This document shows, in pieces, positions 55,078 through 64,000 of a stretch of DNA of 64,000 nt. The first letter of the stretch is position 1, and each line of letters starts with the position of its first letter. The notes under the pieces were generated by a model. That model saw only the letters and a program-made list of their open reading frames with translations, did no database searches and was not told the origin of the DNA. This DNA comes from Escherichia coli (GTDB taxonomy: Bacteria; Pseudomonadota; Gammaproteobacteria; Enterobacterales; Enterobacteriaceae), in NCBI RefSeq assembly GCF_045037415.1, contig NZ_CP173438.1. One strand, given 5' to 3'. The position numbers were made by a program, and so were the translations under genes.

Positions 55078-55536
55078 TTAGCCACGACTACGTTGCACTT
55101 CCAGCCACCACTTCTCCAGCTCCGCAGCAAAAGCCTGGCGGTCACGTTGTGAAAGACTATCTGGTCCTCCGGTCTGGATCCCACTGGCACGTAAGGTATC
55201 CATAAAATCGCGCATCGTCAGGCGCTCACGAATGGTCGCTGGCGTATAACGTTCGCCGCGCGGATTAAGCGCCGCCGCGCCTTTCTCAATGGCTTCAGCA
55301 GCCAAAGGTATATCTGCGGTGATCACCAAATCGCCCGCTTCACACTGCCGAACAATTTCGTTATCGGCAACGTCGAAACCTGCCGCGACGCGCAGCGTAC
55401 GAATAAATCGTGATGGCGGCACGCGTAAACTCTGGTTTGCTACCAGTACCAGCGGCATCTGCATACGTTCCGCCGCGCGATACAAAATCTCTTTAATTAC
55501 ATTGGGACACGCGTCGGCATCCACCCAAATTGTCAT
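55078..55536 (-). CDS. yaiI: UPF0178 family protein YaiI
   Basis: ORF 55078..55656 trimmed to Met41 (152 aa) [26 protein letters not shown]. Confidence 0.85.
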   Translation of the reverse strand: MTIWVDADACPNVIKEILYRAAERMQMPLVLVANQSLRVPPSRFIRTLRVAAGFDVADNEIVRQCEAGDLVITADIPLAAEAIEKGAAALNPRGERYTPATIRERLTMRDFMDTLRASGIQTGGPDSLSQRDRQAFAAELEKWWLEVQRSRG

Positions 55537-55655
55537 AAAGTCATCCTTTGTTGGGTAATCCTCTATTGTGTCGCGCTTTTGCCTTCCGGCATAGTTCTGT
55601 TTATGCTTCTGCCAGCGATTATCAAAACAATGAATTTCACGGCAGGAGTGAGGCA

Positions 55656-56465
55656 ATGGAAAAGAAAATCGGTTTTATTGGCTGCGGCAATATGGGAAAA
55701 GCCATTCTCGGCGGTCTGATTGCCAGCGGTCAGGTGCTTCCAGGGCAAATCTGGGTATATACCCCCTCCCCGGATAAAGTCACCGCCCTGCATGAACAGT
55801 TCGGCATCAACGCCGCAGAATCGGCGCAAGAAGTAGCGCAAATCGCCGACATCATTTTTGCCGCCGTTAAACCAGGCATCATGATTAAAGTGCTTAGCGA
55901 AATCACCTCCAGCCTGAATAAAGACTCTCTGGTCGTTTCTATTGCTGCAGGTATCACGCTCGACCAGCTTGCCCGCGCGCTGGGCCATGACCGGAAAATT
56001 ATCCGCGCCATGCCGAACACTCCCGCGCTGGTTAATGCCGGGATGACCTCCGTAACGCCAAACGCGCTGGTAACCCCAGAAGATACCGCTGATGTGCTGA
56101 ATATTTTCCGCTGCTTTGGCGAAGCGGAAGTGATTGCTGAGCCGATGATCCACCCGGTGGTCGGTGTGAGCGGTTCTTCGCCAGCCTACGTCTTTATGTT
56201 TATCGAAGCGATGGCCGACGCCGCCGTGCTGGGCGGGATGCCACGCGCCCAGGCGTATAAATTTGCCGCTCAGGCGGTAATGGGCTCCGCAAAAATGGTG
56301 CTGGAAACGGGAGAACATCCGGGAACACTGAAAGATATGGTCTGCTCACCGGGAGGCACCACCATTGAGGCGGTACGCGTACTGGAAGAGAAAGGCTTCC
56401 GTGCCGCAGTGATCGAAGCGATGACGAAGTGTATGGAAAAATCAGAAAAACTCAGCAAATCCTGA
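55656..56465 (+). CDS. proC: Pyrroline-5-carboxylate reductase
   Basis: ORF 55548..56465 trimmed to Met37 (269 aa) [21 protein letters not shown] (NADP-binding). Confidence 0.95.
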   Translation: MEKKIGFIGCGNMGKAILGGLIASGQVLPGQIWVYTPSPDKVTALHEQFGINAAESAQEVAQIADIIFAAVKPGIMIKVLSEITSSLNKDSLVVSIAAGITLDQLARALGHDRKIIRAMPNTPALVNAGMTSVTPNALVTPEDTADVLNIFRCFGEAEVIAEPMIHPVVGVSGSSPAYVFMFIEAMADAAVLGGMPRAQAYKFAAQAVMGSAKMVLETGEHPGTLKDMVCSPGGTTIEAVRVLEEKGFRAAVIEAMTKCMEKSEKLSKS

Positions 56466-56481
56466 TGGCTTTTGCCGGACG

Positions 56482-57597
56482 TCAGGCCGCCACTTCGGTG
56501 CGGTTACGTCCGGCTTTCTTTGCTTTGTAGAGCGCCAAATCTGCCGATTTCAACCACTCGCGATAGTGACTCATTTGTGGATTCAGCGGCGCAACCCCCA
56601 CACTAATCCGTAAAGTTACCTGTGGCGTATTCGGCAAGCGTAACGTGTTTAGCCCTTCATGCACCCGTAACATGGCGGTGATGGCGCTCTCAGCTGGCGT
56701 ACCGGACATGATTACTGCAAACTCATCGCCGCCAAACCGACCAATCACATCGCTACCGCGCAGGGTAATTTGTAACTGTCGGGTAAGCGCCACAATCGCT
56801 TCATCACCCACATCATGGCCCCAGGTATCGTTGATGCTCTTGAAATGGTCGATATCGATAATCAGTAACGTTGCATCGCGATTATGCCGCCGACAGTTAT
56901 CAAATTCATTGCGTAACATAGTTTCCCAATGACGTCTGTTATACACGCCCGTCATACCGTCGCGGGTACTCATGACCTGCAACCTGCGTTTATGTTCCGC
57001 CAGTTTAGTCGCCGTCTGGTAGCTGACCCAGCCAAACAGCAGAGGATAAATGACAATAATGGGAAGGGAGAGCCACCATTCCAGCGGTGCGCTATTGAAC
57101 GACACGGTGATGCCCGTCAGTTCGAGGGTGACAAGGCAGGAAACCACCATCAACACCAGACCCGCAACAAACAGACGGGGGCCGCCTGCCCCCATCAAAT
57201 TCAGACACATAATCATCAACATCGCGGTGGAAGGCAGCACGTTTACGCCCATTACGCCTACCCACATTCCCGCTAATACTGCATCGGTTTTTAAGTTGTA
57301 AATTTCCCGGCTAAGCGGATCGACGGCCCTGCTCGCTATCTGCCAGGCTAAATGCGGCCAGACGAACGCCCAGCCGACCAACACCAGCCACCACCAGCCC
57401 GGCGGCGGGTGCGAAACCAGCGTTGAAGCAATCGGTAAGAACATGCCAGCCAGACCAACCGCGCGGGGTAGTCTGACGCGACGGGCGAAGCGCAGCCCGG
57501 ACCGCTGATGTTCGTTTTGAGGAGTTAAAGGAGGTTCCTCCCCATGCGCCGCCGCTTTTTTGAAAAAGTTTTCATCATTCATTATTTTTGGGAACAT
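56482..57597 (-). CDS. dgcC: Diguanylate cyclase DgcC (AdrA/YaiC)
   Basis: 371 aa; N-terminal multi-TM MASE2-like region; C-terminal GGDEF domain with RFGGDEFAV. Confidence 0.9.
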   Translation of the reverse strand: MFPKIMNDENFFKKAAAHGEEPPLTPQNEHQRSGLRFARRVRLPRAVGLAGMFLPIASTLVSHPPPGWWWLVLVGWAFVWPHLAWQIASRAVDPLSREIYNLKTDAVLAGMWVGVMGVNVLPSTAMLMIMCLNLMGAGGPRLFVAGLVLMVVSCLVTLELTGITVSFNSAPLEWWLSLPIIVIYPLLFGWVSYQTATKLAEHKRRLQVMSTRDGMTGVYNRRHWETMLRNEFDNCRRHNRDATLLIIDIDHFKSINDTWGHDVGDEAIVALTRQLQITLRGSDVIGRFGGDEFAVIMSGTPAESAITAMLRVHEGLNTLRLPNTPQVTLRISVGVAPLNPQMSHYREWLKSADLALYKAKKAGRNRTEVAA

Positions 57598-57644
57598 TCA
57601 GAAACAATTTTCCCAAATTATAGAGACGGGACTAAAGGCAGAAG

Positions 57645-57681
57645 TATGAAATTTCGGGTGAGCCATTTTCGTAGCTCACCC
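57645..57681 (-). terminator. Terminator-like hairpin after psiF
   Basis: GGGTGAGC..GCTCACCC perfect 8-bp stem with 10-nt loop, 18 nt past the psiF stop. Confidence 0.5.
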
Positions 57682-57698
57682 GTTAGCACTATCAGGTA

Positions 57699-58019
57699 TC
57701 AGGCGGCTTTCTTGAGGCAGGCACTCATAAACTTATTACGATCATCCCCTTTCAGAGATTGTTGTGTTGCTTGATTATTACATTCGCGCATCTTTTGCTG
57801 CTGTGGCGTCAAACTTTTTTCACCAGGCGCAGATTTGCTGTTCTTCAGGCAATCACTCATGTAGGTCTTACGAGCATCCCCTTTCAACGCCTGCGCCGTC
57901 GCCTGCTGATTACAAGAGGTCATACGCTGTTGTTGTGGGGTTAAGGTTCTCTCGGCAGCGCCGACGGTGGTTAAAAAAACCAGACCGAAAAGCAAGGTAA
58001 CCAGTAATGTAATTTTCAT
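57699..58019 (-). CDS. psiF: Phosphate starvation-inducible protein PsiF
   Basis: ORF 57699..58037 trimmed to Met7 (106 aa); signal peptide MKITLLVTLLFGLVFLTTVGAA; internal repeat LTPQQQ(R/K)M..CN(Q/N)QAT. Confidence 0.85.
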   Translation of the reverse strand: MKITLLVTLLFGLVFLTTVGAAERTLTPQQQRMTSCNQQATAQALKGDARKTYMSDCLKNSKSAPGEKSLTPQQQKMRECNNQATQQSLKGDDRNKFMSACLKKAA

Positions 58020-58093
58020 CGCACCATCCCTCTTCATGTTTTAACCATGAGCGTATGCGCCCGTGATCTGTCATTAAGTCTGGTTGCTAACAG

Positions 58094-58130
58094 CAAAAAA
58101 ACCACCCGGCAGCGAAAATTCACTGCCGGG
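58094..58130 (-). terminator. Hairpin plus U-tract between phoA and psiF (partial intra-operon terminator)
   Basis: CCCGGCAG..CUGCCGGG stem followed by UGGUUUUUUUG on the minus transcript, 8 nt past the phoA stop. Confidence 0.7.
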
Positions 58131-58137
58131 CGCGGTT

Positions 58138-59553
58138 TTATTTCAGCCCCAGGGCGGCTTTCATGGTGTAGAAGAGATCGGTCTGGTCGGTCAGTCCAAC
58201 AACATTGGCGGCATGCGGGCCATACGCCGCAATACGCAACTGACTGCCGGTATGTTCTTGTGAATCCTCTTCGGAGTTCCCGTAACTCATCACCATCACT
58301 GCGCCATCTTTGGTATTTAGCGCCTGGGTGAGGCCCGGAGCTTTGGTATCTGGCGCAACTATCTGGCTGGCATGGGCGTGATCAGCGGTGACTATGACCA
58401 ACGTGTTACCATCCTTTTTAGCGAATTCCAGCGCCCGTTGTACGGCTTCATCGAGATCGACCGTCTCGCCAATTTGCCCACAAGGATTCGCAGCGTGATC
58501 CTGTTTATCGATTGACGCACCTTCAACTTGCAGGAAAAAGCCTTTCTCATTTTTACTCAACAATTCAATGGCTTTGTCGGTCATCTGCGCCAGGGTCGGT
58601 ACACTGTCATTACGTTGCGGATTAGGCGTACAGGTGACTGCGGGCTTATCTATATTACCGTGGTACGTTGCTTTCGGTCCTTGCCAGCGCACTGGCATAT
58701 TGCCGTCAGCAAACAGTCCTAATAGGGGTTTTTGCTGATTCGCTTCCGTCACCGAATTCAGTGAGGCAGCATCGCTCACCAACTGATAACCACGCGCCTG
58801 TGCCTGTTCACGCAGCGTTTTTCCCTGCCATTCACCGGCGGTTGCCGTTTCAGCAAAGGTTTTTGCACCGCCGCCAAGCGTAACATCGGCACGGGCGTTA
58901 AGCAGCTGTTCGGTAATCGATCCTTTTCCGCCTTTTTCCAGAGCGTTACCCGGACATTTTTCACTGGTCGCACTTGGACCGTAGCATTTGCGCGAGGTCA
59001 CATGCGCCACCAGCGCAGCGGGCGTGGCATCCTGCAACTCTGCGGTAGAAACGTTACCGGTCGCCAGACCTGCGGCTTTTGCCATTTCCAGAATCGTTGG
59101 GTGATCTTTTTCGTGAATATCGACGCCCAGCGCGCCGTTATAGGTTTTGACACCAGTTGACCAGGCGGTTGCTGATGCAGCCGAGTCGGTGACGTAGTCC
59201 GGTTTGCCGGTTTTTTTATTCAGCGCATAGTGAGTGTATTGCCCGGTAAGCGGTAAGGCATCGATACCTTTAAAAAAGCCGCCCGCACCTTCGGCATAAT
59301 TGCGTGCGGCAGTAATTTCCGAGTCCCCCATCCCATCGCCAATCAGCAAAATAATATTTTTTGCAGGTTTATCGCTAAGAGAATCACGCAGAGCAGCGGT
59401 CTGATCACCCGTTAAGCGGCGAGCACCGCCGGGTGCAGTAATATCGCCCTGAGCTGCCCGGTTTTCCAGAACAGGCATTTCTGGTGTCCGGGCTTTTGTC
59501 ACAGGGGTAAACAGTAACGGTAAGAGTGCCAGTGCAATAGTGCTTTGTTTCAC
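58138..59553 (-). CDS. phoA: Alkaline phosphatase
   Basis: ORF 58138..59622 trimmed to GTG at codon 24 (471 aa precursor) (V/M)[20 protein letters not shown] signal peptide; GGAG SD (TACATGGAGAAAATAAAGTG); active-site region [12 protein letters not shown]. Confidence 0.95.
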   Translation of the reverse strand: MKQSTIALALLPLLFTPVTKARTPEMPVLENRAAQGDITAPGGARRLTGDQTAALRDSLSDKPAKNIILLIGDGMGDSEITAARNYAEGAGGFFKGIDALPLTGQYTHYALNKKTGKPDYVTDSAASATAWSTGVKTYNGALGVDIHEKDHPTILEMAKAAGLATGNVSTAELQDATPAALVAHVTSRKCYGPSATSEKCPGNALEKGGKGSITEQLLNARADVTLGGGAKTFAETATAGEWQGKTLREQAQARGYQLVSDAASLNSVTEANQQKPLLGLFADGNMPVRWQGPKATYHGNIDKPAVTCTPNPQRNDSVPTLAQMTDKAIELLSKNEKGFFLQVEGASIDKQDHAANPCGQIGETVDLDEAVQRALEFAKKDGNTLVIVTADHAHASQIVAPDTKAPGLTQALNTKDGAVMVMSYGNSEEDSQEHTGSQLRIAAYGPHAANVVGLTDQTDLFYTMKAALGLK

Positions 59554-59615
59554 TTTATTTTCTCCATGTACAAATACATTAAAAAATAAAAACAAAGCGA
59601 CTATAAGTCTCGGCC

Positions 59616-59633
59616 GTGACAACTTTATGACAG
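59616..59633 (-). promoter_or_regulatory. Pho box in the phoA promoter
   Basis: Minus strand reads CTGTCATAAAGTTGTCAC with a TATAGT-like -10 downstream. Confidence 0.85.
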
Positions 59634-59653
59634 CTGTTGAAAAGATTAACTTT

Positions 59654-59914
59654 TTACTGACGAGGATGCCTCAATAACTTCTTTACGTAATCGCGCAGCA
59701 GCTCCGTATCGTCGTCAGGAATGCTGGCATCGGGCTTTACCTCGTACAGCGCCCCCTCTACCTGATCAATCAACCGCTGTTGATCATTTTGCGCCATATT
59801 GCGAAGCATTGCCGTGACGATAATCTCCAAAGCTTCTACCTGCGCACACAGTTCTTTCGACTCTTCTTCTTTTTGGGCAAGCTTAAATAACAACTCAGCA
59901 ATGAGATTTTTCAT
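59654..59914 (-). CDS. iraP: Anti-adapter protein IraP (RpoS stabiliser under phosphate starvation)
   Basis: 86 aa [33 protein letters not shown]; recognised IraP (yaiB) upstream of phoA. Confidence 0.9.
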
Positions 59915-60376
59915 GTCTGTATTTCCTTATCCAAAGTATGGAGAAGTTAACATTATGTTTCACAACTTCATAGTGTCTGGAAGTATTATTTTTATGACAA
60001 AGGAAATACTTTGCGCAAATATTTTTTGTTTGATTACCAGCGAAACGTTTCTCTTATTTAAATAATTACCCACATAAAATATAGGTCTTTAATTATCAAC
60101 CTTTATTATAAATAAAAGTTATGAAATATATTCTCTTCGTTATCTTATAATTAAGAGAAAAAAACTCACCACATGGTCATTTAAGCCAGGAATAAATTAG
60201 CTTCCCGTTCATCATTTTTGTGATCTTGCACACATCTTTGAGATAACGCACTTTCTTCACCAGTACGTTGCTCGCTTTGTCAGCAGAAGATTGCAACATT
60301 CTGTCAGAAGGCCGCGAATCCCCCGTTTTGTCGTGGTAATGTATGCACTTTGTGTTAGACGGGATAGGTTTTTAAG

Positions 60377-61471
60377 ATGGAAAAACTGCGGGTAGGAATC
60401 GTTTTTGGTGGTAAATCAGCGGAACATGAAGTGTCTCTGCAATCGGCAAAAAACATTGTCGATGCCATTGATAAAAGTCGCTTCGATGTTGTGCTGCTGG
60501 GCATTGATAAACAAGGGCAATGGCACGTCAGCGATGCCAGCAATTATCTGCTAAATGCAGACGATCCTGCCCATATTGCGTTGCGTCCTTCGGCGACCAG
60601 CCTTGCGCAGGTGCCAGGTAAACATGAGCATCAGCTTATCGACGCACAAAACGGTCAGCCGTTGCCGACGGTGGATGTCATTTTCCCGATTGTCCACGGT
60701 ACGCTGGGCGAAGATGGTTCCTTGCAGGGAATGCTGCGGGTCGCCAATTTACCGTTTGTAGGTTCTGATGTTCTGGCTTCAGCGGCCTGTATGGATAAAG
60801 ATGTCACCAAACGTCTGCTGCGCGATGCCGGGCTGAACATTGCGCCATTTATTACCCTGACGCGCGCTAATCGTCACAACATCAGTTTTGCCGAAGTGGA
60901 GTCTAAACTGGGGTTACCGCTGTTTGTAAAACCGGCTAATCAGGGCTCTTCTGTTGGTGTCAGCAAAGTAACCAGTGAAGAACAGTACACAATTGCCGTC
61001 GATCTGGCGTTCGAGTTCGATCATAAAGTGATCGTTGAGCAAGGGATCAAAGGTCGTGAAATCGAATGCGCAGTTCTTGGCAACAATAACCCGCAAGCAA
61101 GCACCTGTGGCGAGATCGTACTCACCAGCGATTTCTATGCCTACGACACCAAGTACATTGACGAAGATGGCGCGAAAGTGGTAGTTCCGGCAGCCATTGC
61201 GCCAGAAATCAACGATAAGATCCGGGCGATTGCCGTTCAGGCTTATCAGACGTTGGGATGCGCAGGCATGGCGCGTGTAGACGTGTTTTTAACCCCAGAG
61301 AACGAAGTGGTGATCAACGAGATCAACACCCTGCCTGGCTTCACCAACATCAGTATGTATCCGAAGCTGTGGCAAGCCAGCGGTCTGGGTTACACCGACC
61401 TGATCACGCGTTTGATTGAGCTGGCGCTGGAGCGTCACGCTGCGGATAACGCACTGAAAACCACAATGTAA
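60377..61471 (+). CDS. ddlA: D-alanine--D-alanine ligase A
   Basis: 364 aa [27 protein letters not shown]; ATP-grasp fold; recognised DdlA. Confidence 0.95.
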   Translation: MEKLRVGIVFGGKSAEHEVSLQSAKNIVDAIDKSRFDVVLLGIDKQGQWHVSDASNYLLNADDPAHIALRPSATSLAQVPGKHEHQLIDAQNGQPLPTVDVIFPIVHGTLGEDGSLQGMLRVANLPFVGSDVLASAACMDKDVTKRLLRDAGLNIAPFITLTRANRHNISFAEVESKLGLPLFVKPANQGSSVGVSKVTSEEQYTIAVDLAFEFDHKVIVEQGIKGREIECAVLGNNNPQASTCGEIVLTSDFYAYDTKYIDEDGAKVVVPAAIAPEINDKIRAIAVQAYQTLGCAGMARVDVFLTPENEVVINEINTLPGFTNISMYPKLWQASGLGYTDLITRLIELALERHAADNALKTTM

Positions 61472-61477
61472 TATTCA

Positions 61478-61512
61478 AACGCCCGGTAATATTCTTATTG
61501 GGCGTTTTCAGT
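61478..61512 (+). terminator. Terminator-like hairpin after ddlA (overlaps yaiZ 3' end)
   Basis: AACGCCC..GGGCGTT stem followed by TTCAGTTTCTT, 7 nt past the ddlA stop. Confidence 0.55.
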
Positions 61513-61707
61513 TTCTTCATCGCGACGACGAATAATCAATCCCGCCAGCCAGAAACTAATCACCCACGTCACCAGACCGACGGCATAGGTCTGCCAACCT
61601 TTTGCTTCAAATCCCAGTAACCCCACCACGCCATTAAGAATGAATATAAGGCCAATGGCGAACGCATAGTAGTGCCAGTCACGGCGGATTTTTACAGGCA
61701 GATTCAT
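61495..61707 (-). CDS. yaiZ: Small inner-membrane protein YaiZ (DUF2754)
   Basis: ORF 61495..61839 trimmed to Met45 (70 aa) MNLPVKIRRDWHYYAFAIGLIFILNGVVGLLGF; two predicted TM helices. Confidence 0.8.
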   Translation of the reverse strand: MNLPVKIRRDWHYYAFAIGLIFILNGVVGLLGFEAKGWQTYAVGLVTWVISFWLAGLIIRRRDEETENAQ

Positions 61708-61966
61708 GGCAGCTCCGTTAACGAAAAACAACATCTTTTCATATTCTGTAACAACTGTCTGTGGTGTAGACAACACTTTCGCAATTGTTAATAAATTTAA
61801 CTTAAGGTTGCTATTTTGTGACTCGCAACGAAGATTCACGCTTCGGGAATATTCCCAACATCAATTTACCATGATTCTGATATTGACAATCTAAATGACC
61901 TGTCAGACTTGCCATAAGCCGCTGGTATCACACCAGAAGAGAAGCAGATGACTTCCGGAGGTTTTT

Positions 61967-62275
61967 ATGGCTGATTTCACCCTGTCAAAATCGCTGTTTA
62001 GCGGAAAATATCGCAATGCCTCTTCAACGCCTGGCAATATTGCCTATGCGTTGTTTGTGCTGTTTTGCTTTTGGGCTGGGGCACAATTGCTGAACCTGCT
62101 AGTGCATGCGCCCGGCGTCTATGAGCGTTTAATGCAGGTCCAGGAAACAGGTCGCCCACGGGTGGAAATTGGTTTAGGTGTCGGCACCATTTTTGGGCTG
62201 ATCCCGTTTTTAGTAGGCTGCCTCATTTTTGCAGTAGTGGCGCTATGGCTGCACTGGCGACATCGCCGCCAGTAA
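61967..62275 (+). CDS. yaiY: Inner-membrane protein YaiY (DUF2755)
   Basis: 102 aa [33 protein letters not shown]; hydrophobic helices. Confidence 0.85.
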
Positions 62276-62279
62276 GATT

Positions 62280-62325
62280 TACGTTGCCAGATGCGGCCTA
62301 AAACGCCTTATCTGGCGTGACATTC
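62280..62325. repeat. REP-like palindromic element at the convergent yaiY/yaiW junction
   Basis: GCCAGATGCGGCCTAAAACGCCTTATCTGGC resembles a degenerate REP unit. Confidence 0.5.
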
Positions 62326-62333
62326 CTGTTTGA

Positions 62334-63428
62334 TCACTGTTTCATACAACGCGCCCGCCGTTCGTCTACGCGCTTCGCAAACCAGGCCGTAGTCAGATTG
62401 CGGGTGATTTTCGGGCTTTCCAGTTGAATGCCAGGCAACATTTCGCGGGGTAGTGATTTACCGGTTTTCGCTTCGGCAAGTTGATAAACTTTCTTGTACA
62501 GCGCCGTCTCCTCAAAAGAGAAGCTGTCCCCTTTCTCTAACTGACGGCGAATTTCGCTGTCACTCATCCCCAGTTTTCCCGCCAGTTTGCGCGTTGCCAG
62601 TTCGGTTTTCCCGGGCTCTTTACTGTCGTAACGAATTAAATCACCGTCCAGTGCCAGCTTCACGCCGCTGGCCTTACTGACCGCGTTCTGAAACGCGGCA
62701 TTACGGCTGGCGTACCAGCCAGCGTTAAAATCAGCAAAACGGTATATCGGCGCGCTATAGCTGGCGGGATAATTCAGTAAATGGTAAGTACCAAACCACA
62801 ACCCGCCGCGGCGACTGAAGACTTCCTGACGGACTGTACCGTCCATTTTCCACGGATACCCTTTGGTATGCTGTTCGGCAAAAGCAATACTGACCTGCAT
62901 CGGCCCACCGGTGCGCACCGGATTGAGCGAACCAAACAGCGTCTGCCCCATTGGCACCATGCTGATCAGATCGTCAAAAATCGCGCTCAATTGCTTTTCT
63001 GTACGCACCGAATCTAACCGTTCGCTATAGCTTTTGCCGTTTGGCGATTTGATTTTTAGCGCGGTATGCACCAGAAAAGCAGGAATGTGCATCCGTTCAG
63101 CACGACGGTCAATCTCTTGCCAGGCGATCTTGCTTAAGCCCGGAACGGCCGGATCTGCCTGATAATTTGACTCCTGCTGCGCCACCGCCAGCACCGAGCA
63201 GACGTTTTCCAGCGTCGGTGCCAGCCCCTGACTTTCAAAGGTGGTGGCGAGATCTTTCGCCCAGGCATCGCGGTCTTTCACGCTCGCAGGCATCTTCTGC
63301 CGCACGACGCTCGCCACATCTATCGCTTTTTCGCCCTTTTTCAACGGTTGCGGAGCCTGACTACTACACCCCGCTAAAACCAGAACCGCCAACAATGACA
63401 GCGAAGATAGAGGATTGACGCGCGACAT
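62334..63428 (-). CDS. yaiW: Lipoprotein YaiW (co-located with sbmA; surface-exposed OM lipoprotein)
   Basis: 364 aa; lipobox signal MSRVNPLSSLSLLAVLVLAGCSS; immediately downstream of sbmA on the same strand. Confidence 0.85.
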   Translation of the reverse strand: MSRVNPLSSLSLLAVLVLAGCSSQAPQPLKKGEKAIDVASVVRQKMPASVKDRDAWAKDLATTFESQGLAPTLENVCSVLAVAQQESNYQADPAVPGLSKIAWQEIDRRAERMHIPAFLVHTALKIKSPNGKSYSERLDSVRTEKQLSAIFDDLISMVPMGQTLFGSLNPVRTGGPMQVSIAFAEQHTKGYPWKMDGTVRQEVFSRRGGLWFGTYHLLNYPASYSAPIYRFADFNAGWYASRNAAFQNAVSKASGVKLALDGDLIRYDSKEPGKTELATRKLAGKLGMSDSEIRRQLEKGDSFSFEETALYKKVYQLAEAKTGKSLPREMLPGIQLESPKITRNLTTAWFAKRVDERRARCMKQ

Positions 63429-63440
63429 TACTTCTCCTTT

Positions 63441-64000
63441 TTAGCTCAAGGTATGGGTTACTTCCTGAATTTTGTCACCATCCAGCTCATGTTCAAAGCT
63501 GCGCAGACGTTTGTAGATAGACATCAACTCAACCAGTGTGGTCCATGAGTTAATCAGGTACTGGAAAGCACCGCGAACCTGACCAAAAACGTTAGTAATC
63601 TGCGTCATCAGGCCGAGTGTAATCGTACCGGCAACAATTGACGGAAACAGCAAGAACAAACCGAAAACGTTATCGACCTGCAAATAGAGAATGCGGGCGA
63701 TATTGAAATACATATAGTGAAAATAGAGGCGGAAATAGTTTTTCCGTACGGCGCTAAAAAGCTCGCGTACCGTAGGCGGCGTCACGCGCGTGGCATCGTC
63801 TTCACCATAAACCAGTTCTTTACGGTAGGCAGCCTCTACACGCTGGTTTTTAAACTCCAGCCCCGGCAGTTTGATCCCTACCACTGCCAGTAATCCGGTC
63901 CCCATCAGCGACCAGACGATAGCGGCAATCACCAGACCATACGGAATGTGCCCGACAATCGGCAGCTCCGGCACATGTGCGGAGAGCGTTACCAGCACCG
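63441..64000 (-). CDS. sbmA: Peptide antibiotic / microcin transporter SbmA, C-terminal ~186 codons only (gene continues past window end)
   Basis: Open frame running into the window edge, hydrophobic membrane-protein sequence ending ..[13 protein letters not shown]; identity assigned mainly from conserved position upstream of yaiW. Confidence 0.75.
   Translation of the reverse strand, partial: VLVTLSAHVPELPIVGHIPYGLVIAAIVWSLMGTGLLAVVGIKLPGLEFKNQRVEAAYRKELVYGEDDATRVTPPTVRELFSAVRKNYFRLYFHYMYFNIARILYLQVDNVFGLFLLFPSIVAGTITLGLMTQITNVFGQVRGAFQYLINSWTTLVELMSIYKRLRSFEHELDGDKIQEVTHTLS

Overview
This window reads as a contiguous, collinear stretch of Escherichia coli K-12-like core chromosome, from hupB/lon to sbmA, presented in reverse-complement of the usual map orientation. 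I did not find a novel or undescribed biological system. I place 63 protein-coding genes (two truncated at the window edges), all at lengths matching the proteins as I know them once ORF-track N-terminal extensions are trimmed to the internal start. Gene order: hupB' - lon - clpX - clpP - tig - bolA - yajG - ampG - cyoABCDE - yajR - yajQ - panE - yajL - thiI - xseB-ispA-dxs-yajO - pgpA-thiL-nusB-ribH-ribD-nrdR - yajI - tsx - yajD - secF-secD-yajC-tgt-queA - acpH - malZ - proY - brnQ - phoR-phoB - sbcD-sbcC - araJ - mak - rdgC - ykiA-like ORF - ppnP - aroM-yaiA-aroL - yaiI - proC - dgcC - psiF-phoA - iraP - ddlA - yaiZ - yaiY - yaiW - sbmA'. I saw no rRNA, tRNA, CRISPR array, IS element, integrase or prophage remnant; the total span matches the expected distance between these genes, so there is no room for an inserted island. 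Non-coding content is REP/BIME palindromic repeats at convergent junctions, rho-independent terminators, sigma-32 promoters for lon and clpP, Pho boxes at phoB and phoA, and TyrR/TrpR operators at aroL. Findings are therefore modest: an 18-bp perfect inverted repeat between yajQ and panE, an odd ykiA-like ORF, a candidate 36-codon ORF in the AT-rich iraP/ddlA region, and several architectural notes. All identifications rest on reading the translations and on recall of E. coli proteins and motifs; no database search was run. Short-motif coordinates are approximate (+/- a few nt).
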